Assembly: GCA_050230475.1 (NCBI GenBank) | Contig: JBFLGF010000001.1 | Location: forward strand, 248,001 to 288,390 | Length of the DNA stretch: 40,390 nt | Reading direction: 5' to 3' | DNA from: Ancylonema sp. | Taxonomy: Eukaryota | In this document: piece by piece, positions 11,451 through 22,322 of the stretch | Position numbering within the stretch: the stretch's first letter is position 1 | Layout: the number at the start of each line of letters is the position of its first letter | The notes under the pieces: model-generated | The model's input: the letters and a program-made list of their open reading frames with translations, nothing else | Database searches by the model: none | What the model was told of the DNA's origin: nothing | Position numbers and translations under genes: made by a program

Positions 11451-14400
11451 CCCTCCCCCTTTCCCCACCCTCGCCAGCTCCTCTTGCTGGCCTGCCAGTT
11501 ACTACGGTACCCCCTCCCACCCATACCTGCAAGGTGTTGATCGACTCCGGGGCGTCAGGCAATTTCATAGACCCCCAAATCCTGGCAGACTACAACCTCC
11601 CTACCCACCCCCATCCCCAGCCTATCCCGGTCGAGCTCATTGATGGCAGCCCTCCAGCTGCTGGCCCCATCATCTGCTACTTCCCCGCACAACTCCGATC
11701 CCCTTGCAATCACACGGAAACCATTACCTTGGATGTCACCCGACTGGCGCACTACCCAGTCGTCCTCGGCTTCCCCTGGCTGCACAAGCATAACCCTAAC
11801 TGGCAGACGGGCCTCCTGTCCCTCACCAGCCCCCAGTGTGCTGCTCAGTGCCTGCTCTCCAGTTCTTCCCACCCACCCCTTCCCCCTCCCGATCCCCAGC
11901 CCAAACCTGCAATTTTAGCCGCTGTGCTTACCTCTCCAGACCCCGCCCTGCTAGCCCAGCTCCCTCCAGAGTACCACGACTTCGCCGACGTGTTCTCCGA
12001 GTAGTCTGCAAACACCCTTCCCCCCCACAGACCCTACGACTTGGAGATCCCCCTCCTGCCTGGCACGGAACCCCCCTGGAGGCCTATCTACTCCTTGTCA
12101 GAGCCGGAGCTGGCCACCCTCAAAACCTATATCACGGATAAAATTGGCGAACGGCTTCATCCGGCCGTCCACCAGCCCGGGCGGGGCTCCCGTTATGTTC
12201 ATTAAAAAACCTAATGGGAAGCTCAGGTTATGCGTGGACTACAAGCAGCTCAATGCAGTGACGGTGAAGAACCGCTGCCCTCTACCCCTCATACCTGAGC
12301 TGCTGGACCGTGAACTCCGCCACAATCTTCACCAACATTGATCTACGCAATGTTTATCACCAGCTGCGCGTCAAGGAGGGGGACGAGTACAAGATTGCTT
12401 TTCGCTGCCGCTACGGCCACTACGAGTACCAGGTCTGCCCTTTTGGGCCTACCAATGCTCCTGCAGCTTTTCAGTATTTTATTAACGCTGTGTTTCGAGA
12501 ACACCTAGACGTCTTCCTGGCGGGTCTACTCGACGACATGATCATCTACTCCCCCTCCCCTGAAGAACATGTCCCCCACGTCCGTGCTATCCTGGCACTC
12601 CTACGGGAGACCAGGCTATATGCTAAGCTAGAGAAGTGCCAATTCCACACGGACACTATTGACTTCCTAGGCTACCGGGTATCCCCAGCCGGCGTGGGTA
12701 TGGACCCCGAAAAAGTGGCATCTCTCCTTGACTGGCCAACACCCCAATCAGTCAAGGAGGTCCAGTCCGTTCTCGGCTTCGCTAACTTCTACAGACGATT
12801 CATAAATGGGTATTCTACGGTGGCGTACCCGCTTACCTCCTTGACTCGAAAGGGGGCAACTTTCTTCTAGACGACTGAGGCGGAGGCGGCTTTCCAATCC
12901 CTCAAGCTGGCCTTCACCTCAGCTCCAGTCCTGCAACACTTCTAACCCCTGCAGCCCCTTACCATCGAAGCAGACGCCTCAGACTTCGGCCTCGGCTGCG
13001 TCTTGTCGCAGCCAGACCCCGGGGGCGAGCTCCACCCCGTCGCGTACTACTCCAGGAAGTTCATCCCGGCTGAACTCAACTATCCTATCTACGATAAGGA
13101 GTTGCTCGCCATCGTGGCTGCCTTTCGTCAGTGGCGAGTCTATCTGGAGGGCGCGGCCCACCCTATCGTCGTCTACACCGACCATAAGAACCTGGAATAT
13201 TTTCAGACCGCTCGAACTACATCCCGACGACACGCTCGGTGGGCCGAGACGCTGGCAGCCTACGACTTCACTATAGTCTAGAGGAAAGGGTCCAGCAATG
13301 GAGAGCCGGATGCCCTCTCCCGCAGACCTGACTATTTGCCGCCAGCCACATCCCCCCACCCAATCCTTCCCCCACCAGCTCTCCTACCAGTTCCCCCCGT
13401 GCGAGCTGCAGCTATCCTTCTCGCCCATAACGACCCCATCCTACCAGACATTTGCGCTGCCTAGCTAGCAGACCCTACCCTACATGCTATCGCTACCTCC
13501 CTACAACCCGGACCCGCTCTGGAATCCAACCCGAGTCGCACTGCAGGCGAGTCCCAATTTCCCTACACCCTACGAGACGGCCTTCTCTACCATGGCAGCC
13601 GCCTCGCTATTCCCCCTACCGCTGGAGCCCTTATCCTCTCTATCCTGACACAATACCACGACGCACCTATGGCAAGCCATTTTGGCACTGCCCGCACGCA
13701 CGCGGTGGTGGCGGAGTACTTCCACTGGCCCGGTATATCGAAGGCAGTAGAGGAGTACGTGCGTACGTGCGACGTCTGCGCCCGGAACAAGCCGGTGCGC
13801 CATCCGCCCTACGGACTGCTATCCCCCCTACCCATCCCTACCCAGCCTCAGTCCAGTGTCTCCCTCGACTGGATCACAGACCTGCCCCCTAGCGACTACC
13901 ACGATGCAATTCTGGTGGTCGTCGACCGGCTGACGAAGCAGGCCCACTTCATCCCTACCACCAAGGCCATGGCGGCTCCTGAGGTCGCAGCAATTTTCGT
14001 CCAGCAAGTGGTGCGCCTGCATGGGTTGCCCAGCAGCCTCATCAACGACCGGGATTCCATCTTCACCAGCCACTTTTGGCGCCGGCTGTTGGAGCTCCTC
14101 GGCGTCCGGGCCAACCGCTCCAGTGCTTTTCACCCGCAGACGGACGGGCAGACGGAGCGCCTGAATTCGGTTCTCGAGCAATATCTGCGAATCTATACCG
14201 ATTACCAGCAATCCGATTGGTCTAAACTTTTGCCGCTGGCGGAGTTCGCTTACAACAACTCCAAGCACTCCGCCACCACCCTATCCCCGTTCTTTGCCAA
14301 CTACGGCTTCCACCCGCAGATGTCGCTGCTCCCACCCCCAAATCCCCCCAACCCCGCAGCCGACGATTATGTCAAAACGATCCACGACACCCAAGATTTC

Positions 14401-14940
14401 CTCCAGTCAGCGCTTCGCAAATCCCAGCGGGCGATGGAAATTTCTTCGGCCAATCGGAAGCGCATCGGGGCTTCCGATATTTTCGCCTGCTCAGAAAGTA
14501 TGGTTGTCTTGGCGCCACGTCGGATCCACTCGTCCGTCCTCGAAACTGGATGTCCGTCGTCTGGGTCCTTTTCCGGTGCTTGGCCAGATCGGCACCTCGT
14601 CGTATCGCTGGAGCTGCCGTTCTCACTAAAAATCCATCCGGTCTTCCACGTCAGCCTCCTCGAGCCGTACCATACCAACACGTTCCCAGGTCGTGTCGTG
14701 GCGCCTCCCCCTCCGGTCGTTGTGGACGGCGCGCCACAACATGAGGTGGCCGCAGTTCTGGATTCCAAGATCGTGCAAGGCCAGCTCTTTTACCTCGTCG
14801 ACTGGGTCGGGTACGATGAATCTGAGCGTTCTTGGGAACGTGCCGACAACATGGAAAATGCTGCGGACGCGGTCGCAGATTTCCATGCCACGTTTCCCGC
14901 TCGGCCTGCACCGCCTCCCTCATCGCGTTCCGCGCCTTGA
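11394..14940 (+). pseudogene. G1 pol (protease, RT, RNase H, integrase, chromodomain) with stops
   Basis: [80 protein letters not shown]; chromodomain FYLVDWVGYDESERSWE. Confidence 0.95.
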
Positions 14941-14951
14941 GGGGGGGGTAC

Positions 14952-15403
14952 TGTTAGGACCCCTCGCTACAGTCACTAGGGCTCCTTAGCGAGGTCCCCA
15001 CACTTAGCGCTAGAGCGCTACTAGCTCAATTTTCCCTATAGCGAGTTCTGTCCCTATAGAGTGGGAGTTGTGTCCCTAGCGGCCGCCTGGCCCCTAGGGA
15101 GTATTCTGATGTGTCCTTAGCTAAGGCACTTGTGCCGTTAGCCAGACTTGATGTGTCCTTATCATATTCAGAGTGAGTTATCCCACTTGTAGTCTTGATT
15201 CAGACTTGAGCTAGTTCCTATATATAGTCCATAGGAATGCCTTTAGAGCATTCCTATCAACTCATGTACTTGCACCCCGATTATATCACCACCAATTTCA
15301 CTCGGCTCACGCCATCTCATCCTATCCGCATTTCGCCATCTTTTCGCTTGTGTGCATATTGCAACTCGCTTGCTAGGGACGTCTTTTGCATCCGCCCCTA
15401 ACA
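14952..15403 (+). repeat. G1 3' LTR
   Basis: Direct repeat of 9854-10313, preceded by the PPT. Confidence 0.95.
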
Positions 15404-15417
15404 TGTAAACAATAGAT

Positions 15418-15599
15418 GCTGGCTCGGAGCGAGCGACAGCAAACACACACACACAAATGAAAGTGCCGGTTCTGAGCGAACGCAAGCAAATCGACAGATA
15501 TTTCACACACACGCACGCTTGCTGGCTCACAGAGAGCGCCAACGAATCGATGTAAGAAATTACAGTCGATAACAAGGCTGGCTCAGAAAGAGCGTCAGC
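15418..15599. repeat. Array of 23-bp hairpin repeats with dissimilar 21-33 bp spacers in element S (first unit displaced to 3149-3171)
   Basis: Units at 3149, 15418, 15465, 15521 and 15577; consensus close to GCTGGCTCAGAAAGAGCGTCAGC. Confidence 0.8.
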
Positions 15600-15625
15600 A
15601 AGAGGTTTAGATGAATAACAAATAT

Positions 15626-15982
15626 TGTTAGGTTCCTCGCTACAGTCACTAGGGCTCCCTAGCGAGGCTCCCACACTTAGCACTAGAGCGCTACTAACGC
15701 AATTTTCCCTATAGCGAGTTTTGTTCCTTTATAGTGATATGTGTGCCCCTAGCGCCTTTGTCTTTGTATCGACTGCCGACCGTTAGTTTTCCAATTTGTT
15801 CTTATAACGAGTTCTAGTTATCCCACATCTTGATTAGCTTTGTGGGAGTCGACTTTCACTATATCTAGTCCATAGGATTTAGAGCATTCCTATCAACTCA
15901 TGTATTTGCACCTTGTTGTGCCTACCATTGTATGGCCCGGTTGTGAAGTCATTGAAAGTACAGACCGGCGACGGTCGTAATA
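15626..15982 (+). repeat. G2 5' LTR (U5 resembles the mini-element LTR)
   Basis: TGTTAGGTTCCTCGCTACAG...GGCGACGGTCGTAATA. Confidence 0.88.
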
Positions 15983-16300
15983 GAATGTCCAAGATTACTG
16001 GTAGGCGGTGGTTCGACCCCCGTCTCCTCCACTTTCCCGCTCACACGGAGTTTCCGTGGGGGTTAACAATTTATATCTTGACCGGCCCGCGTTCACATAC
16101 GGGGTGCACCCTCGGGGATGGGGTGCCCGTGGCGCGGAACATCAGCTCCGGTCATTTTGGGGGTGCTCAGGGGGTTCTCGGGACGCGAACCCCTTGCGGG
16201 GGGGATAGTGTAAGGGATCGGCATCTCGGTATATATTGTATATGTGCTGTCCAAGTCCCATCTTGGACATTGTGCCTTTTATGGCCCGGTTGTGAAGTCG
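15983..16300 (+). mobile_element. Mini LTR retrotransposon (TRIM-like), plus copy: PBS, 226-bp internal region, PPT, truncated LTR from 16209
   Basis: PBS AATGTCCAAGAT at 15984-15995; PPT GCGGGGGGGA then TAG|TGTAAGGG at 16209; TATATA at 16230; PBS complement ATCTTGGACATT at 16260-16271. Confidence 0.8.
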
Positions 16301-16355
16301 ACCGTCGCCGGGCTGTACTTTCAACGACTTCACAACCGGGCCATAAAAGGCACAA

Positions 16356-16763
16356 TGTTAGACCCGGGAGGGAAAAGGATCTAGTTCGATGAACACTCAC
16401 AAAAAGGGAAATGACACGATGGGAAAAGTGTAATAAAGTATGTTAGTACATGAGATGTTAGGAGTGAGGAATCCTCAATCCTAACACGAACTATATAGTG
16501 AAATCTCGGCTAGCGACTTCACTACAAATGTGGGACAATGAGTATCGCTCTAAACGAACAACTGATGTCGCATACAAGAACTAGTTCGCTATAAACGATC
16601 AACACTCGATATAACATTAGCGAAACTCTACAAGGGCTCTAGCTCTCCCTAGAGCGACCCAAGTCGCACCAGAACACCCACTCGCTACTAGCACACTAGG
16701 CTAGTAGCGCTAGGTTAGGGAACTCGCTAAGGAGTTCTAGGGACTATCGCGAGGGTCCTAACA
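16356..16763 (-). repeat. G3 3' LTR
   Basis: Direct repeat of 21633-22030, adjacent to the minus-strand PPT. Confidence 0.93.
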
Positions 16764-16775
16764 ATACCCCCCCCT

Positions 16776-19700
16776 CTAGGCGCGGAACGCAGGGCGCGGG
16801 TAGCCGGACGGGCTGGGAAGCGGCGATGGAAATCCGCGATGACCGCGGGCGGCATGTGAGAGATTGTGTGCCGGCTCCCAGGAGCGCTCTCTGATTCGTC
16901 GAAACCCTCCCAGTCCACGAGATAGGACAACTTCACGCAAGAATTTGGAATCCAGCACCGAAGCGACTTCCCACTGGGGTTCGCCGTCCACGATGACCGG
17001 TGGAGGTTGCGGCACGTCACGGCCGGGAAAAGATTTTTTCACATATGGCTCCACAAGCGCTACGTGGAAAACGGGATGGGATGCGGATGGACGGCGGGAG
17101 CTCCAAGCGAAAAGCAGAGGAGCCAACTGGACCAATGACAGGAAAAGGCCGGAGGCGACGGACGTCCAATAGGCCCGAGGCGTGTGGATGCGACGTGGCG
17201 CCGGAGGAGCCATACTTTATCGCCAGGCTGGAGGGATGGGGCAGCCCGACGCTGCGATTGGCCGATCGCTCCATAGCGATTTGGGATTTTTTCAGCGACG
17301 TTCGAGTAGAATCTGTGCGTCGTGAATCACCTTGACGTATGCATCTGCCGACGGGGTTGGGGAGTCCGGGGAGGGAGGGAGGAGGGAGAGTTGGGGATGG
17401 AAACCGTGGTTGGCGAAGAACGGGGTCAGGGATGTGGCAGAATGTAGGGAATTGTTGTAAGAAAATTCTGCATGGGCAGCAGACTGGACCAATCCGACTG
17501 CTGGTAATCGGTGTAGATGCGTAAATTGCTCGAGAACAGAATTGAGGCGCTCCGCTGGCCATCCGTCTGAGGGTGAAACGCAGTCGAGCGGTTGGCGTGG
17601 ATACCGCACACTGCAGCAGCCGTCTCCAAAAACGGCTGGTAAAGACTGGATCGCGGCGGAAATGATGGTGGAGGGCATGCCATGGAGCCGCACCACCTCC
17701 CGCAAGAAAATGGCAGCGACGTCACGAGCTGGTATTGCCTTCGTCGTAGGAATGAAGTGAGCAGCCTTAGTCAGACGGTCGACCACTACGAGAATCGCAT
17801 CGTGGTAGTTAGATGGCGGGAGGTCTGTGATCCAAGCCATGGATATCCAGCTCCATGGCCTGTCCGGACTAGGATTTGGGGATAGCAGGCCGGAGGGTGC
17901 ATGGCGGACGGGCTTATTCCGCGCACATGTGTCACAGCTGCGGACGTAGGGCCTCCACTGCTGTAGAAATTCCCGGCCAGTAGAAGTACACTGCGCCACG
18001 AGCGCATGCGTGCGAGCAACGCCGTAACCTGCGAGGGGCGCGTCGTGGAATTGCTTTAGGATTTGGAGTATCAGGGACGTAACAGTAGGTGGGATGACCA
18101 AGCGATGATGTCGGTACAGCAAATCATTGCGTAGACAATAGGAAGATGACCTGCCTGAGGGTTCGAGGGGGTTTGATTCCTCCTCAGGTCTTATAGCCAG
18201 CTGTTCGCGGATGGCGAGAGTGTCAGGGTCGAGTAGCTGCGCCTCACGGATAACAGGTAATATGGGGTCCGTGGGGGAGATGAAAAGCGCAGCAGCTCGG
18301 AGGGGGGGGGGGAACAGGATAGGGAAATCGTTCCGGGGGGGAAATTGGGGAAAGGGAATCGGGTAGGATAGGGAGTTCAGGGATTGGGTTTGGCAGGTAG
18401 TCGGGACGGCGGGAGAGAGCATCAGGCTTTCCGTTAGTCTCCCCTTTTCGGTAGACGATTAATGAAATCGTAGGCAGCTAAGGTCTCTGCCCAGCGAGCG
18501 TGGCGACGGGAGGTAATGCGGGCGCCATGGAAGTACTCCAGGTTTTTATGGTCTGTGTAGACCACAATAGGATGAGCCGCGCCCTCCAAATAGACGCGCC
18601 ATTGGCAAACCCGCTGACGATAGCCAGCAACTCTGTCATAGATGGGGTAGTTTAGCTCGGCCTCCGAGAACTTTCGGGAGTAGAAGGCGATGGGGTGTAG
18701 CTCGCCGGCAGCGGACGTCTGGCTGAGGACGCAGCCAAGGCCGAAGTCGGAGGCGTCGGCTTCGAGGGTTATAGGGAGGGTGGGTTGGACGTGTTTGAGG
18801 ATGAGTGCAGATGTGAAGGCCTGCTTGAGGGAGTCAAAAGCGACCTGGGCCTCTGGTGTCCAGCAGAACTTCACGACTTTTCGGGTGGGCGTAGTCAGGG
18901 GGCAGGCCACTGTAGAGTAGTAGTTTATGAACTTGCGGTAGAAGTTTGCGAACCCCAAAAAGACTGCACCTCCTTTACAGACATAGGGGTAGGCCAGTCG
19001 AGCACAGACGTCACCTTTGCCGGGCCATCTCTACCCCAGCTGGGGAGACTTGGTAGCCGAGGAAGGTAATGGTATCCTGGTGGAACGCACATTTCTCAAT
19101 TTTTGCGTAGAGCTTGTTATGTCGTAGGATATCCAAAACCTGGCGGACTTGGGGAACGTGCTCTTCCTGGTTTGCCGAGTAGATCACCATGTCGTCAAGC
19201 ATACCCGCTAGGAAGACGTCTAGGTGCTCGCGGAAGATGTCATTGATGAAGTGTTGGAAACAGCCTGGGGCGTTGCAGGGCCCGAACAGACAGACACGGA
19301 ACTCAAAGTGGCCGTAGCGGGTTCGGAACGCAGTCTTCCACTCGTCCCCCTCTTTCACCCGCACCTGGTGGTAAGCGTTTCGCAAGTCGATCTTTGTAAA
19401 GATTTTCGCCCGGTGCAAGCGATCCAGCATCTCAGGTATGAGGGGTAGGGGGTAGCGGTTCTTTAACTGTAGCCGCATTCAAATGTAGTCCACGCAGAGT
19501 CGGAGCTTGCCATCGGGTTTCTTAATGAACATGACAAGGGCCCCCGCAGGGGTAGATGGTATGGATGAATCCGTTTGCCAGGTTGTCAGAGATGTATTGT
19601 TTCAGAGTAGCCAGCTCCGGTTCTGACATGGGGTAGAGGGGTCCCCAAGGTGGTTCTTTTCCTGTCAGGAGGGGTATCGCCAGATCATAGGGGCGGTGAG

Positions 19701-20382
19701 GGGGGAGGGTGTTTGCCGCAGATTCCGAGAACACGTCCGCGTAGTCGTGGTACTCGGGGGGAAGTTTAGACAGCAGTTCAGGGTCGGGGGCGGGGATGGG
19801 TAGGGAACTGGCAACAATGAGCGCAGGGGGGGGAAGTATTGTGACAGGGTGGGGGGGGGGTTTGTGAGAAGTGGGTGGGGTAAACTGAGCGCGGCTAGCA
19901 GGCATGCACTCTGGCAGTGGGGGGACGTGAACCGCAAACCGCCTGCCTGCCAATCGATGGACGGGTTGTGGCGCTGGAGCCAAGGGTAGCCTAGCACCAT
20001 GGGAAAGTGGGCTAGGCGGGTTACGTCAAACCGGAGTGTTTCGGTATGGGAGCCCAGACAGCGCAACAGGCCTTTGTAGAAATGCGTAATAGGGCCTGCG
20101 GACGGAGCGCTGCCATCAATCAGCTCCACTTGATGGGTGTGGGGTGGGGGGTGGTTGTCAGGTGGTATTGCGCGAGCAGCGTGGGGTCTACGAAGTTTCC
20201 TGACGCGCCGCAATCGATGAGGGCGTTGACAGAAATGGGGGGAAGAGGGTACTGGAGTAGCTAGACTTGACAGATACAGGTGGCGGGGCTGGGGGGCTGG
20301 GTTGGGGATGGGGTGGGAGGGTGTGAAGGCCCTGCCCCAGACAGACCCCTCCTAGGACTGTCCGGGGGCATCGTCGTTTTTT
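16776..20382 (-). pseudogene. G3 pol, frameshifted
   Basis: [16 protein letters not shown]...[77 protein letters not shown]. Confidence 0.93.
20325..20382 (-). promoter_or_regulatory. G3 -1 frameshift signal
   Basis: AAAAAAC (20382-20376), then stem CCCCGGACAG/CTGTCTGGGG enclosing the gag stop. Confidence 0.8.
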
Positions 20383-21486
20383 GGCTGGTCAGGAGAGGTC
20401 AGGAGAAGTGTCCAGAAAGCGGACCTGGCGGGCTTGGCCGGCTTCGCCCGGGCAGGATTCGCGGTTATGGCCCGCGCCTCCACAGTACATGCACAGGTTT
20501 CCCTTCTTGCGCCTATCATATTCTGTGGAGGATTCCAGCTCAGCTGGAGCCGTTTGCGCCGGGTGCCATCGAGCCCATGGGGGTGACTTCTTGGAGGTAA
20601 GAGGGGGTGGGGCGAGAGGCTTGAGATGGGGAAGTGTAGGGTGGTTTGCGGATTGCAGCGTCAATGCGACGGCTGTTGGCGAGGTTGGTTTCGACCAGGC
20701 CAGCAGCCTTCACAAACACAAAGGCGGAGAAGGTGGGGGGTTGTGTAGAACGCGCCAGCTCGCTCAGGTTTCATTGGCTTTGAAGTTGAAAATAGGGAGT
20801 GGTCCGTCCAGCGCGGCTGGAAGGTGTTCGTGATGTCCCTGAACCGAACAGAAAGCTCAGCCACTGATCCCGTGGTTGTTGCAAGTCGTGCAGGCGGCGT
20901 TCGAGGGCTGCCTGGTCCTCTCCCCCCCCGAATGTGTCGTCGAGTTCCTCTGGAAGAAGTCTGCCAGGGTCCAGTTTGTGGGGGGCTCTGCGGTGACACT
21001 GGATCGCAGACGGAGCGGAACCAGCTCTTGGCCATGCCGCCCAGCAGATTGCCCGCCAGAATCAGTTTAGATCTGGTAGTGTGATAGCGTAGGGGGCTGC
21101 CAGAATGTGTTGGGTAACCCCAAAACGGAAGTTTTGCAGATCATCTGCTGACTTGCCCGAGAACATAGGAGGGTAGGTTAAGGTCAGGGGCTGGGGTAGG
21201 GGCTAGTGGGTGAGGATAGTAAACAACATGGGGGGGGGGGGCTGGCTGGGTATAGGCCTGCTGATTAGGGGAAGGCTGAGTGTAGGGAGACTCATCAGCT
21301 AGAGGTATTTGTTTGGAACTCAGAAAATGTGGGCCGAGTAGATCCGGCCTCCTTATAGGACGCTATTTTTGTAACGGAGTTCCTCACATTTTCACGTTGT
21401 GAGACGATCAATATTGGATATCCGAACGTTGCCTTCATGTCCTGCATTTGTCGAATTAAGTCGTCATAACGCGAATCTGAATCCAT
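20352..21486 (-). pseudogene. G3 gag, frameshifted
   Basis: MDSDSRYDDLIRQMQDMK start; TTTGSVAELSVRFRDI; knuckle CMYCGGAGHNRESC. Confidence 0.85.
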
Positions 21487-21620
21487 GAGAAATGGGAAGA
21501 ATGAGGACAGAAATGAAGAAGGCAAATCTGAAAGATGGGGAGGAGGGGAAACCCTAAAGAATGAAGCTCACTAGTTCACTAGGTGGAAAAACCGAAAAAA
21601 GGAACCTCACAAATTTTTTG

Positions 21621-21630
21621 CTCCTAACAT
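21621..21630 (-). promoter_or_regulatory. G3 putative self-priming PBS
   Basis: Minus-strand ATGTTAGGAG, 2 nt after the LTR, is the perfect complement of minus-strand CTCCTAACAT (21742-21733), about 28 nt after TATATA (21775-21770). Confidence 0.82.
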
Positions 21631-21632
21631 AG

Positions 21633-22030
21633 TGTTAGACCCGGGAGGGAAAAGGATCTAGTTCGATGAAACACTCACAAAAGGGAAATGACACGATGGG
21701 AAAAGTGTAATGAAAGTATGTGAGTACATGAGATGTTAGGAGTGAGAAATCCTCAATCCTAACTCGAACTATATAGTGAAATCTCGGCTAGCGACTTACT
21801 AAATGTGGGACAATAGTATCGCTCTAAACGAACAACGAAGTCGCATACAAGAAAGTCGCTAACGTCAACACTTGATATAACAATAGCGAAATTCTACAAG
21901 GGCTCTAGCTCTCCCTAGAGCGACCCAAGTCGCGGTACAAGAAAACACACTCGCTACTAGCACAAGGCTAGTAGCGCTAGGTTAGGGAACTCGCTAAGGA
22001 GTTCTAGGGACTATAGCGAGGGTCCTAACA
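21633..22030 (-). repeat. G3 5' LTR
   Basis: Minus strand TGTTAGGACCCTCGCTATAG...CCCGGGTCTAACA. Confidence 0.93.
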
Positions 22031-22322
22031 CACAATGTCCAAGATGGGACTTGGACAACACAGATACAATATATATCGAGATGCCGATCCCTGACACTAT
22101 CCCCCCCGCAAGGGGTTTGCGTCCCGAGAACCCCCAGCACCCCCAGAATGACCGGAGCTGATGTTCCACGCCACGGGCAACCCCTCCCCGAGGGTGCACC
22201 CCGTATGTGAACGCGGGCCGGTCAAGATATGAATTGTTAACCCCCACGGAAAATCCGTGTGAGGGGGAAAGTGGAGGAGACGGGGTTCGAACCACCGCCC
22301 ACCAGTAATCTTGGACATTCTG

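Larger units (their letters stand above)
9854..15403 (+). mobile_element. Ty3/gypsy chromovirus G1, full length (Tcn1/fungal-type features)
   Basis: LTRs 9854-10313 and 14952-15403 (TG...CA); TSD TGTAC/TGTAA; G-run PPT 14939-14948; order gag-PR-RT-RH-IN-chromodomain. Confidence 0.96.
16356..22030 (-). mobile_element. Ty3/gypsy chromovirus G3, full length
   Basis: LTRs 21633-22030 (5') and 16356-16763 (3'); perfect TSD CACAA (16351-16355 and 22031-22035); PPT at about 16767-16776; gag-PR-RT-RH-IN-chromodomain. Confidence 0.96.

Noticed and set aside
15418..15599. CRISPR array
   Set aside because: Eukaryotic TE context, no cas genes, degenerate repeats and uneven, partly (CA)n spacers. Kept only as a repeat array.
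15986..16269. MITE or solo LTR bounded by TGTCCAAGAT/ATCTTGGACA
   Set aside because: No TSD (TAGAA versus TTGTG). The inverted repeat is better explained as a PBS/start-site pair, with a PPT and LTR start lying inside it.
15913..16392. 159-aa ORF and its mirror ORFs (MSKITG.RWF.PRLLHFP) as a protein gene
   Set aside because: It spans LTR, PBS and PPT signals, the two copies differ by an indel, and no domain is recognisable.
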